Below, piece by piece: positions 1 to 9,447 of a DNA stretch of 64,000 nucleotides. The position numbers and the translations under genes are program-made. Source of the stretch: an uncultured virus (IMG/VR IMGVR_UViG_3300042368_000845). Taxonomy: Duplodnaviria > Heunggongvirae > Uroviricota > Caudoviricetes. Below the pieces are notes generated by a model. That model searched no databases. It had not been told where the DNA came from and was given only the letters and a program-made list of their open reading frames with translations. Position 1 is the first letter of the stretch. Every line of letters starts with the position of its first letter. The stretch is taken from IMG/VR virus record IMGVR_UViG_3300042368_000845; one strand, written 5' to 3'.

Positions 1-1
1 A

Positions 2-493
2 TTAAGAACACCACTTGTTTGGTTAGATGTAGATTCAATTGTACATAAACCTCTTGAAGTTTTTGATGAGTTTCACGATAAAGTTGATTTAGCTATGGCA
101 TTTCCTAAAGTTCCTACAAAGGAAGATACAACTATTGGTATGCCAAAAGCATCACCAATATACTTAAATCAAACACCAAAATCTTATGAATTTATATATG
201 CTTGGATTGAGGCAAGTGAAGAATTAGAACGACAAGCAAATATTGCATTTGATCATGAAGTTTTGTTAAAGATATTCATGAAAATGATAAACGAGAATAC
301 TGGTGTTCGTATGGCTTTTTTAGGAAATGCTTATTGTGTTTGGCCTGGTATACCGATTCAAGGTGGAGAACCAGTAATTACAATGGGATTAGCGGATGGA
401 GAATCAAAAGAACAGGTATTGAGAGATATGGGTTTTGATGAACACAATATTAAATTTCAAAGCCCAGGAAATAAGTTTTTGGTGAATCAATGA
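2..493 (+). CDS. Glycosyltransferase-like protein, 5'-truncated by window edge
   Basis: Frame is open from base 2 and reads LRTPLVWLDVDSIVHKPL (DxD motif) upstream of the listed ATG at 95; lies in a sugar cluster. Confidence 0.6.
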   Translation, partial: LRTPLVWLDVDSIVHKPLEVFDEFHDKVDLAMAFPKVPTKEDTTIGMPKASPIYLNQTPKSYEFIYAWIEASEELERQANIAFDHEVLLKIFMKMINENTGVRMAFLGNAYCVWPGIPIQGGEPVITMGLADGESKEQVLRDMGFDEHNIKFQSPGNKFLVNQ

Positions 494-1323
494 AACCTGT
501 AATATTGAATGCTGATTATATGATATCTTCTGAAGATATTCCAGATATCATGCATCCAACAGAAATATATTTTACAAGATTTGGTACTAATAAATTTCCA
601 AATGGAGAACCATCGTTTATTGGTGAAAATTCATATAAAATATTTTGTCATGTAAATGAACCAACAACTTCTAGATGGGTTGAACCTGTAGAAAATATTA
701 TAAAGCATCACAAAAAGTATGATAAAATTGTAACATCAAATCCAGAAGTTTTAGATAAATGTTCAAACGCAAAGTTCATGGTGTACGGAACAACATGGTT
801 AAATAAGTCAAAACATCATCCAGATTCATTTGGAAAATTTACTAATGATCTAGTAACTCTTCAGAAAGAATTAAGTCTTTCTATGGTATGTGGATCTTTA
901 TATGGAAAACCTGGATATAATCTAAGACATATTATATTTCAAAATCAAGATAAAATTTTAGTATCTAAAAAATTTTATAGTTCAACACGTTTTATGATAC
1001 CAAATGTTCCAACATTACCCAATGATGATAAAATACATCTATTTAATAGCATGTATTCAGTAGCAATTGAAAGCACACAAGAAGTAAATTATTTTTCTGA
1101 AAAAATAGTAGATTGTCTGATAACTAAAACAATCCCTATATATTGGGGATGTCCAAACATATCAGATTTTTTTGATACATCATATTGGTTAAATATTGAT
1201 GATCTTATAAATTTTAAATTTACTGATGATTATTACTATAGTAATTTAGAAAAAATAAATATTAATTTTGAAAAATCAAAACAATATTGTGATAACATTA
1301 TAGAAAGAATATTAAAATTATGA
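490..1323 (+). CDS. GT10 (fucosyltransferase)-like glycosyltransferase
   Basis: YSVAIES..NYFSEKIVDCL..KTIPIYWGCPNI motif typical of GT10-like proteins. Confidence 0.75.
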   Translation: MKPVILNADYMISSEDIPDIMHPTEIYFTRFGTNKFPNGEPSFIGENSYKIFCHVNEPTTSRWVEPVENIIKHHKKYDKIVTSNPEVLDKCSNAKFMVYGTTWLNKSKHHPDSFGKFTNDLVTLQKELSLSMVCGSLYGKPGYNLRHIIFQNQDKILVSKKFYSSTRFMIPNVPTLPNDDKIHLFNSMYSVAIESTQEVNYFSEKIVDCLITKTIPIYWGCPNISDFFDTSYWLNIDDLINFKFTDDYYYSNLEKININFEKSKQYCDNIIERILKL

Positions 1324-2018
1324 ATAAGCGAGTATTATTAGTAACTGGAATAGGGAAATTACAACTAGATGTTTATTCTGCTGGTGGTGATTTGCCTATT
1401 AAACAAATAGCAGAAATGACATTTCCTTCTAAACAAAGATATGCTTCTAAACATGGTTATGATTTATTAAAAATTGAAGATTTTGGTTCTGATAAAGAAA
1501 AAAATATAGATGAAAGTAATATGGGATTTATGAGAGCGGCTAGAACATCCGATATGTTAAACTATTATGATATAGTAGTGTGGATTGATGCCGATTCCAT
1601 AATAACAAATGATCAAATTAAAATAGAAAATTTTCCAATAGAAGAAGACATAACATTCTATGCATCATATGATTGGAATGGAAAATATAGTATAAGTGGC
1701 GGTAATTTTATGTTTGTTAAAAATAAAAATACTGAACATTTTCTTGAAGTATTTTATAGTCTTGTTGGAAAAGCTAAACATGAACAAGAAGCTATGAATT
1801 TTTTATATTTTAGAACACCTTATAAAAATATGATGAAAATTCTTGATCATGATTATTTAAATGCAGCTCCAACTAGAGAAATGTATGCTGAACAATGGGC
1901 CACTAGAGGAGATATACCTTATCCATGGAATGAAAAATCTTTTTTATGTCATTTAACTGGAGCCTCTAATAGACATAGAGAAAGAATATTAAAATCTTAC
2001 TTTAATAATTTTTTATAA
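1320..2018 (+). CDS. GT34/galactosyltransferase-like glycosyltransferase
   Basis: YASKHGYD, VVWIDADSII (DxD), HEQ, FLCHLTG motifs. Confidence 0.7.
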   Translation: MNKRVLLVTGIGKLQLDVYSAGGDLPIKQIAEMTFPSKQRYASKHGYDLLKIEDFGSDKEKNIDESNMGFMRAARTSDMLNYYDIVVWIDADSIITNDQIKIENFPIEEDITFYASYDWNGKYSISGGNFMFVKNKNTEHFLEVFYSLVGKAKHEQEAMNFLYFRTPYKNMMKILDHDYLNAAPTREMYAEQWATRGDIPYPWNEKSFLCHLTGASNRHRERILKSYFNNFL

Positions 2019-2113
2019 GAACATAAATATATGTTATCAATTATTACTTATATTTAAATAAAAATATTTTATATATTGACATCTGTTAATAAAATATGAT
2101 AGAGAATTTTAAA

Positions 2114-3067
2114 ATGAAAAAAATTGTATATGTTACAGGTTGTTTAGGCTTTATTGGTTCATATATAACTCGTTTATGTTTACAGCGAGGATGGTATGTA
2201 AAAGGTGTTGATAAAATAACATATGCTGCAAATAAAGATTTATTAAATGAATTTACAAAATATGAAAACTTTTCATTTGTACATTGTGATATAAATGATC
2301 TTAAATTTTTATATGACTGTGATTATGTAATTAATACAGCAGCAGAAACACATGTTGGAAATTCTATAGCAAATAGTGATGATTTTATTAAATCAAATAT
2401 AGACGGTGTACATAATTTATTAGAATTGATAAGAAATTATAGGCAAGAAACTGGAAAAATACCAACCTTGTTTCATTTTAGCACTGATGAAGTTTATGGA
2501 GATATTGAAGAAGGTGCTCACACAGAAACAGATTTACTTAAGCCATCCAATCCATATTCAGCGACTAAAGCAGCAGCAGATATGCTAATATTAGCCTGGG
2601 CTAGAACGTATGGAATCCCATATGTTATTGTTAGACCAACAAATAATTATGGAATAGGTCAATATGTTGAAAAATTAATTCCAAAATCATGTAAATATCT
2701 TGCTTTGGGGAGAAAAATACCACTTCATAACAATGGAACACCTATAAGAAATTGGTTACATGCTGAAGATACAGCAAGAGCAGTTTTAAATATTATTGAT
2801 AAAGATGTTAAAAATGAAATATACAATATTTGTGGTGGATTTGAACAAAGTAATTTTGAAACAGTAAATCAAATTTTGAAATGTCATAATATTCCAGAAG
2901 AAAAATTACAAAATTATATTGATTTGTCTTTCAATCGAACTGGACAGGATGTAAGATATGCATTGAATGATTCTAAACTAAGATCATTAGGTTGGAATCC
3001 AATTAAAATTTTTGAAAAAGAATTAAAAGATATAGTAAAACACTATCAGGAAAAATTTATATGGTAA
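2114..3067 (+). CDS. rmlB: dTDP-glucose 4,6-dehydratase (RmlB-like)
   Basis: VTGCLGFIGS, DKITYA, AAETHV, STDEVYG, PSNPYSATKA, NNYG motifs; start taken at MKKIVYV. Confidence 0.88.
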   Translation: MKKIVYVTGCLGFIGSYITRLCLQRGWYVKGVDKITYAANKDLLNEFTKYENFSFVHCDINDLKFLYDCDYVINTAAETHVGNSIANSDDFIKSNIDGVHNLLELIRNYRQETGKIPTLFHFSTDEVYGDIEEGAHTETDLLKPSNPYSATKAAADMLILAWARTYGIPYVIVRPTNNYGIGQYVEKLIPKSCKYLALGRKIPLHNNGTPIRNWLHAEDTARAVLNIIDKDVKNEIYNICGGFEQSNFETVNQILKCHNIPEEKLQNYIDLSFNRTGQDVRYALNDSKLRSLGWNPIKIFEKELKDIVKHYQEKFIW

Positions 3068-4134
3068 ATAATATATTTGAAAATTTATTTGTTCTTGAGT
3101 TAGCAAATAATCATTGGGGATCATTAAAACGAGGAAAGCAAATTGTAAAACAATTTGCTAAAGTTGTAAAAACAAATAAAGTTAAAGCAGCAATTAAATT
3201 ACAGTTTAGAGATGTAGATACATTTATTCATAAAGATTTTAAAACTGAAGGAAAAGGTGAAGAGTTAACTAATTTACCTAAAAGAAGTAGATATATTCAA
3301 AAAACATGTAAAACAAAATTAACATATGACGAATTTGAAGAACTCATTAATTATATTCGTAAACATGATTGTATTCCAATGGCAACTCCATTTGATGAGC
3401 AATCTGTAGATTGGTGTGTTTCTATGAATTTACCTATCATAAAAATAGCAAGTGCTGATATTAATGATTGGATATTAATTAAAAAAATAGCATCAACAAA
3501 AAAACCTGTAATTATTTCAACGGGTGGAGCAAATGATAAACAGATAGATGATGTTGTTAAGTATTTTACAAATAGAAATATTTTAATATCAGTTAATCAT
3601 TGTGTTTCAAAATATCCAAGCGAAGATAATGAATTAGAATTACATCAGATTGATTATTTAAAACTAAAATATCCAAATATAGTTATAGGATTATCTACTC
3701 ACGAATATCATGATTGGTATTCTTCTGTGTTGATATCATATGGTAAGGGCGTTAGAACATGGGAGAGACACATAGATATTCCATATCCAAAAGATCACCA
3801 ACAAACTGAAATATCTAGTTATTGTTCAACACCAGAACAAATTGATACTTGGTTTAAATCATACAATAAAGCAGTTGAAATGTGTGGTTCTTCATCATTA
3901 ATTAGAAGAATTATTGATGACAAGGAAAAAAAATATTTAGAATCTTTATATCGCGGATTGTATCTAAAAAGAGATATAAATAAAGGAGAAAGTGTGAGTT
4001 TAGATGATTTATATTCTGCTATTCCATATCAGAAAGAAATAAATCAATTAACCTCAAGAGATTTTATTGAAAATGATGCGATTGCTTTGAGAAATTTAAA
4101 AAAGGATTCTCCTTTAATCGTGGATGATATTTAA
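3061..4134 (+). CDS. N-acetylneuraminate synthase family (NeuB/SpsE-like) protein with C-terminal SAF-like region
   Basis: ELANNHWG, IKLQ, TPFD, KIAS, KPVIISTG, HCVSKYP, ERH motifs. Confidence 0.8.
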   Translation: MVNNIFENLFVLELANNHWGSLKRGKQIVKQFAKVVKTNKVKAAIKLQFRDVDTFIHKDFKTEGKGEELTNLPKRSRYIQKTCKTKLTYDEFEELINYIRKHDCIPMATPFDEQSVDWCVSMNLPIIKIASADINDWILIKKIASTKKPVIISTGGANDKQIDDVVKYFTNRNILISVNHCVSKYPSEDNELELHQIDYLKLKYPNIVIGLSTHEYHDWYSSVLISYGKGVRTWERHIDIPYPKDHQQTEISSYCSTPEQIDTWFKSYNKAVEMCGSSSLIRRIIDDKEKKYLESLYRGLYLKRDINKGESVSLDDLYSAIPYQKEINQLTSRDFIENDAIALRNLKKDSPLIVDDI

Positions 4135-4135
4135 T

Positions 4136-5872
4136 ATGAAAATTTCTGATTTAGTTTTTAAATTTATAAAAGATAAAGGAATAGACACAGTTTTTACTGT
4201 GTCTGGTGGTGGATGTATGCATTTAATTGATTCTTTGGGGAAAAATAAAGAATTAAAATATATCTGCAATCATCATGAACAAGCTTGTTCTATGGCAGCA
4301 GAAGCATATGCAAGAATAAAAAATATACCTGGTTGTGTTTTGGTCACTACTGGTCCTGGTGGAACAAATGCTCTTACAGGAGTTTTATGTGCTTTTCAGG
4401 ATTCTATTCCTATGATTGTAATTTCTGGACAAGTTCCATCTGATCAATTGTCAAATGGAACTGGTTGTAGGCAAATAGGACAGCAAGAATATAATATTGT
4501 TGATACAGTAAGACCTATGACGAAATATGCTGTTACTATAACAGATAAAAACAGTATATTGTACCATTTAGAAAAGGCATATCATTTAGCAGTTTCTGGG
4601 CGTCCTGGGCCTGTGTGGTTAGATATACCACTTGACATACAGAGCAGCGAAGTTAATATTTCTAAATTAAAAAAATTTATTTTACCAAAGCAAAAAAATA
4701 ATAAAATAATCAATTCGTTATATTTAAATAAACTTCAAAAATTACTGTTAAAAAGTAAAAGACCAGTTGTTGTTGTTGGTAATGGTGTTCGTGTGTCAAA
4801 TAATGTTGATAATTTACTAGAATTTTTAAATAAAACAGGTATTCCAGTCTTAACTGGACCCCATTCAGCGGTTGATGTTGTAAATTCTGATTATGAATAT
4901 TATGCTGGTAGGTTTGGAATTTTAGGACAACGCACATCAAATCAAATTATACAGGAGTCAGATTTAGTAATATCTCTTGGATCTAGATTAAATCCAAAAA
5001 TGATTGGATATGATCAATCAAAATTTGCTCCTGGGGCAACTAAATTTATAATCGATGTTGATAAAAACGAAATTAAAAAATTAAAATTTAAAAATAAAAT
5101 AGGTTGGTGTATTGATCTTCGTTTGTTTTTTAACATGATTAAAAATGTTAAAGTAAATGATATAAGTGAATGGCAAAATAATATTAAAAAATATAGAAAT
5201 AATGAAATATTAGTTTTAGAAAAACATAAGTTTTTAAAAGATTATGTTAGTAGCTATGTTTTTTCTAATAAATTAGAAAAATATTTATCAGAAGATTCAA
5301 TTATAGTAACTAGTGATGGAACAGCTCATGTAGTACCTTTAAAAACTATAACCTTAAAAGGCAAACAAAGACTTTTTAGTAATGAAGGAACTGCTCCAAT
5401 GGGTTATGGATTGCCAGCAGCAATTGGAGCACATTATGGAAGTAAAAAAGAGATAATATGCATAGAAGGAGATGGAAGTATTATGATGAATCTACAAGAA
5501 TTAGAAACAGTTTGTCATAATAAAGTACCAATAAAAATATTTATTCTAAATAATTGTGGTTACTTATCAATCAAATTAACTCAAAATTCATTTTTTAAAG
5601 GAAATTTAGTTGCTTCTGAAATTTCTTCTGGTGTTTCAATTCCTTCATTTGAAAAAATAGCTAATGCATTTGGTTTGAAGTATATTTCTATTAAAACAAA
5701 TGATATGTTAGATCCTAAATTAAATGAAGTATTTTCAAATAAAGAAAGTATTTTAATTGAAATATTCAGTGATCCTAATGAACAACACGAACCAAAAGTT
5801 ATTTCTAAAGGAATTGATAAAAATGGAAAAATTATTCCAGGCGAATTGACAGATATGAATGTGAAAACTTAA
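4136..5872 (+). CDS. Thiamine-pyrophosphate-dependent enzyme (acetolactate synthase-like/YerE-like)
   Basis: HHEQA, VTTGPGGTN, GRPGPVWLDIPLD, MGYGLPAAIG, EGDGS..NN TPP-binding motif. Confidence 0.85.
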   Translation: MKISDLVFKFIKDKGIDTVFTVSGGGCMHLIDSLGKNKELKYICNHHEQACSMAAEAYARIKNIPGCVLVTTGPGGTNALTGVLCAFQDSIPMIVISGQVPSDQLSNGTGCRQIGQQEYNIVDTVRPMTKYAVTITDKNSILYHLEKAYHLAVSGRPGPVWLDIPLDIQSSEVNISKLKKFILPKQKNNKIINSLYLNKLQKLLLKSKRPVVVVGNGVRVSNNVDNLLEFLNKTGIPVLTGPHSAVDVVNSDYEYYAGRFGILGQRTSNQIIQESDLVISLGSRLNPKMIGYDQSKFAPGATKFIIDVDKNEIKKLKFKNKIGWCIDLRLFFNMIKNVKVNDISEWQNNIKKYRNNEILVLEKHKFLKDYVSSYVFSNKLEKYLSEDSIIVTSDGTAHVVPLKTITLKGKQRLFSNEGTAPMGYGLPAAIGAHYGSKKEIICIEGDGSIMMNLQELETVCHNKVPIKIFILNNCGYLSIKLTQNSFFKGNLVASEISSGVSIPSFEKIANAFGLKYISIKTNDMLDPKLNEVFSNKESILIEIFSDPNEQHEPKVISKGIDKNGKIIPGELTDMNVKT

Positions 5873-5873
5873 T

Positions 5874-6632
5874 ATGAAACTTTTTAAAAATACAAATTAT
5901 AATCGTTCACTGTATGACAATACTAAATCATTAACAGAAATTGCAAATTTGTTTGAAACAGATAAAGGTAATGCTGATTCAAAATCTTTATCATGGAGTA
6001 AAGATTATCCAGAGCACTTTTCTATGTCATATACTATAACCTATGAAAAGTATATGAATAATTATAGAGAAGATCATGTTAAATTATTTGAAATAGGAAT
6101 TTGTGATAAAAGATTTCCATACGCTTCACAAAAAATGTGGTTAACATTTTTTAAAAATGTAGAATTATATGGGATGGATAATTTTTGGGGTAATTATTTA
6201 GAAGATAAAACTAAAGATATAAATTTTTTAAATGAATTGGGTGTAAATTTTATATATGCTGATCAAGGAAATTTTTGCGATTGGAATGAAATAAAAGAAC
6301 AATGCCCAAATAATTTTGATTTTTTTATTGAAGATGGTAGTCATTGGCCAAATCATATGGCAGTAAGTTTGTGGCAAGCAAAAGATTTAGTAAAACAAAA
6401 TGGATATTATTTTATGGAAGATATTCAAAATCCAAAAACTAGTCGTGGGATGTTTAAATATGATAACGCATTATTGTGTGAAGATTTAATCAATACACAA
6501 AAAACTGGAATTTTTAAAAGCCATTTTTTAAATAATCAACAGAATTTAGATATTAATAAATCTTTTGAATTAGTTGAATTAGTGTTGGATCCAAAATCAA
6601 TAAATTATTTAGCAATATTTAGAAAGATATAA
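5874..6632 (+). CDS. Class I SAM-dependent (sugar O-)methyltransferase
   Basis: TDKG, LFEIG, DQ, IEDGSH, YFMED motifs. Confidence 0.7.
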   Translation: MKLFKNTNYNRSLYDNTKSLTEIANLFETDKGNADSKSLSWSKDYPEHFSMSYTITYEKYMNNYREDHVKLFEIGICDKRFPYASQKMWLTFFKNVELYGMDNFWGNYLEDKTKDINFLNELGVNFIYADQGNFCDWNEIKEQCPNNFDFFIEDGSHWPNHMAVSLWQAKDLVKQNGYYFMEDIQNPKTSRGMFKYDNALLCEDLINTQKTGIFKSHFLNNQQNLDINKSFELVELVLDPKSINYLAIFRKI

Positions 6633-6633
6633 A

Positions 6634-7311
6634 ATGATAAAAATTAAAACATTAGATGAATTAGCAAATTTTTATAAAACCGATAAAGGTACTATGTTTG
6701 AAACTCCATGTAAACATGGTTATGCACCAATATATGATGAATTATTAACGCCATTAAGAGATAAAGATATTTCTTTATTGGAAGTTGGTGTTTGGTTAGA
6801 AACTTCATCCATTGGTGGTGAATCTTTAAATATGTGGAAAGAATATTTTAAAAATGCAAATATATATGCATTTGATATTAGAGATATGAAAAATCATCCA
6901 TTTTTTGTAAATAACACTAATGTGTATTTTTACAATGGAGATCAGGGCAACCGAGACGATTTTGTATCTATGCATAATGCATTTAATAATGTATTTTTTG
7001 ATTTTATTCTTGAGGATGGATCACATAATGCAAATCATCAAATGATTTCATTTGCTAGTTTATTTAAATATGTTAAACCTGGGGGCATTTATATCTTAGA
7101 AGATATAACATTACCTGGTGTTGCCAACTGTAATGGAATGAATAATAATCCAACATGGTATACTTTGAATGGTTTTATTGAAAATAAACAAATAATATCT
7201 AATTATTTAACAGATGAAGAAACCTCCTATCTTACTGATAACATAGACAAAATAATAATACATAACGATATTAAGAATCAATGGGCTACGGCTATAATTT
7301 ATAAAAAATGA
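6634..7311 (+). CDS. Class I SAM-dependent (sugar O-)methyltransferase, paralog of upstream gene
   Basis: TDKG..HGY, LLEVGV, GDQ, EDGSH, VKPGGIYILED. Confidence 0.78.
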   Translation: MIKIKTLDELANFYKTDKGTMFETPCKHGYAPIYDELLTPLRDKDISLLEVGVWLETSSIGGESLNMWKEYFKNANIYAFDIRDMKNHPFFVNNTNVYFYNGDQGNRDDFVSMHNAFNNVFFDFILEDGSHNANHQMISFASLFKYVKPGGIYILEDITLPGVANCNGMNNNPTWYTLNGFIENKQIISNYLTDEETSYLTDNIDKIIIHNDIKNQWATAIIYKK

Positions 7312-8078
7312 ATATTTTAATAACAGGCGGTAATGGATACATCGCAAAAAAATTAAAGCAAAATTTAAATTATAATATACTCGCAGTCACTCGTCACGAT
7401 TTTGACCTTGAAGATACTACAGCTGTTCATAAGTGGTTTCGTGATAAAACATTTGATGTAGTAATACATACAGCAATATCTGGTGGGAGCAGATTAAAAT
7501 CTGATGATTCTAGCATTATAGAATCAAATTTAAAAATGTATTACAATTTATATAATGAAAGACATCAGTTTGGTAAACTTATATCTTTTGGTTCAGGTGC
7601 AGAAATATTTGCATCAAATACACCATATGGTGAAAGTAAAAAAAGAATTGCAGAATCAATTCAAAATACTAATAATTTTTACAATATTCGCATATTTAAT
7701 GTATTTGATGAGAATGAATTAGAAACTCGATTTGTAAAAGCAAATATCATAAGACATATTCGCAATCAACCAATGATAATATTTAACGATAAAATCATGG
7801 ATTTTTACTACATGAAAGATTTATTATCTTTAGTGGAATATTATCTAGTAAATAGTGATTTGCCAAAAGAATCAAATTGTAGTTACGAGATTAAGTTTAC
7901 ATTAAAGCAAATAGCAAATTTTATAAATTCACTAGACAATCACAAAGTTCCTGTTATAATTCAAAGCCAAAAACATTTAGAATTTTATTGTGATTCTGCA
8001 CATGATCTAAATATAAATGAAATAGGACTAAAACAGGGTATAATTAATACTTATAATATTCTAAAAAATAGAGGTTAA
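7308..8078 (+). CDS. NAD-dependent epimerase/dehydratase/reductase
   Basis: ILITGGNGYIA Rossmann motif; GSGAE; YGESK (YxxxK). Confidence 0.8.
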   Translation: MNILITGGNGYIAKKLKQNLNYNILAVTRHDFDLEDTTAVHKWFRDKTFDVVIHTAISGGSRLKSDDSSIIESNLKMYYNLYNERHQFGKLISFGSGAEIFASNTPYGESKKRIAESIQNTNNFYNIRIFNVFDENELETRFVKANIIRHIRNQPMIIFNDKIMDFYYMKDLLSLVEYYLVNSDLPKESNCSYEIKFTLKQIANFINSLDNHKVPVIIQSQKHLEFYCDSAHDLNINEIGLKQGIINTYNILKNRG

Positions 8079-8079
8079 T

Positions 8080-9426
8080 ATGATTGATGTGAATTTATCT
8101 GGTGATGAAATTGATCGTAAAATAAAAGAACTTGTTCAATTAAAAAGAAAACAAACAAAAAAATGGATTCGAGGAAAAGATACAATTCAATATGCTGGCA
8201 ATTACTTTGATGATGAAGAATTTATTGCTGGTATAGATTGTTTTCTTGATGGTTGGTTGGTTCTTGGAGATCATGGTCTTCGTTTCGAAAGACAATTCAA
8301 AGAAAAACTTGGAAAACAACACGGTGCATTAGTAAATAGTGGATCAAGTGCTAATCTTTTAATGATTACTGCATTAAAATCTAAAAGACTTTATAATTTT
8401 GGTCCAGGGACAAAGATAATTACTCCTGCCGCTGGTTTTCCAACAACAATTAATCCAATTATCCAAAATGGTTTTCAACCAGTTTTTGTTGATATTGAAG
8501 TAGATACTTTAAATCTAAATTTAGATCAAGTTGAACAAGCAGCAAAAAATGGTGCTAAAGTTCTTGCATTTGCACATGTACTTGGTAATCCACCTAATAT
8601 GGATAAGTTAATGGAGATTGTTGATAAGTATAATCTTATTCTTCTTGAAGATTGTTGTGATGCTCTTGGTAGTAAATATGATGGTAAATTACTAGGATCT
8701 TTCGGTCAATTTGCATCATGTTCGTTTTATCCTGCACATCATATTACAATGGGAGAAGGAGGATTTGTTGCATCTAAAACTGATGAACAAGATACAGTAA
8801 TTAAAAGTCTTCGTGAATGGGGAAGAGGTTGTTATTGTTCTGGTAAGGGTGCTTCTTGTCTTCGAAATGGAATGTGTAAGAAGAGATTCAGTGAATGGTT
8901 GCCAAGTTTTCCTGGAGTAATATTTGATCACAAATATGTCTATGAAGAGATTGGTTATAATCTAAAACCAATTGAAATGCAAGCGGCAATAGGATTAGTT
9001 CAACTTAAGAAGTTAGATAAGATTATTGAACTTCGAAAGAAAAATTTTAATCGTCTATACCAAATTTTTTCAAAATATGATAAGATTTTTCATCTACCAA
9101 AAGCAACTGAAAAATCAGATCCTTCTTGGTTTGCTTTCCCATTAACAGTTAAAGATGGAGTATATCTTAAACGAAATGAATTTACTATGTATCTTGAAGA
9201 CAATAAGATACAGACTAGAAATTATTTTGGTGGAAATGTTCTTCTTCAACCAGCATATGAAGGAATTTATTCTGGTAATGCAAAGAAAGATTTTCCAGTC
9301 GCAACAAAAGTTACTACTGACACATTTTTTTTAGGGACTAGTCCAGTCATAACAGACGAACAACTAGATTATATTGAAGATGTAGTTACAACTTATTTTA
9401 ATAATTCTACAAATTATAGCGTATAA
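8080..9426 (+). CDS. rfbH: CDP-4-keto-6-deoxy-glucose 3-dehydratase (RfbH/DdhC, E1)
   Basis: NSGSSAN, EDCCDALG, FYPAHHITMGEGG (His at the aminotransferase Lys position), WGRGCYC Cys cluster, DHKYVY..IGYNLK. Confidence 0.88.
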   Translation: MIDVNLSGDEIDRKIKELVQLKRKQTKKWIRGKDTIQYAGNYFDDEEFIAGIDCFLDGWLVLGDHGLRFERQFKEKLGKQHGALVNSGSSANLLMITALKSKRLYNFGPGTKIITPAAGFPTTINPIIQNGFQPVFVDIEVDTLNLNLDQVEQAAKNGAKVLAFAHVLGNPPNMDKLMEIVDKYNLILLEDCCDALGSKYDGKLLGSFGQFASCSFYPAHHITMGEGGFVASKTDEQDTVIKSLREWGRGCYCSGKGASCLRNGMCKKRFSEWLPSFPGVIFDHKYVYEEIGYNLKPIEMQAAIGLVQLKKLDKIIELRKKNFNRLYQIFSKYDKIFHLPKATEKSDPSWFAFPLTVKDGVYLKRNEFTMYLEDNKIQTRNYFGGNVLLQPAYEGIYSGNAKKDFPVATKVTTDTFFLGTSPVITDEQLDYIEDVVTTYFNNSTNYSV

Positions 9427-9429
9427 ATA
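9422..9429 (+). promoter_or_regulatory. T4-type late promoter
   Basis: Exact TATAAATA just upstream of the 9448 gene. Confidence 0.7.
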
Positions 9430-9447
9430 AGATAAAGGATCTTAATT

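Noticed and set aside
4136..5872. Acetolactate synthase as an amino-acid biosynthesis auxiliary gene
   Set aside because: No regulatory subunit or other ilv genes; context is entirely nucleotide-sugar enzymes
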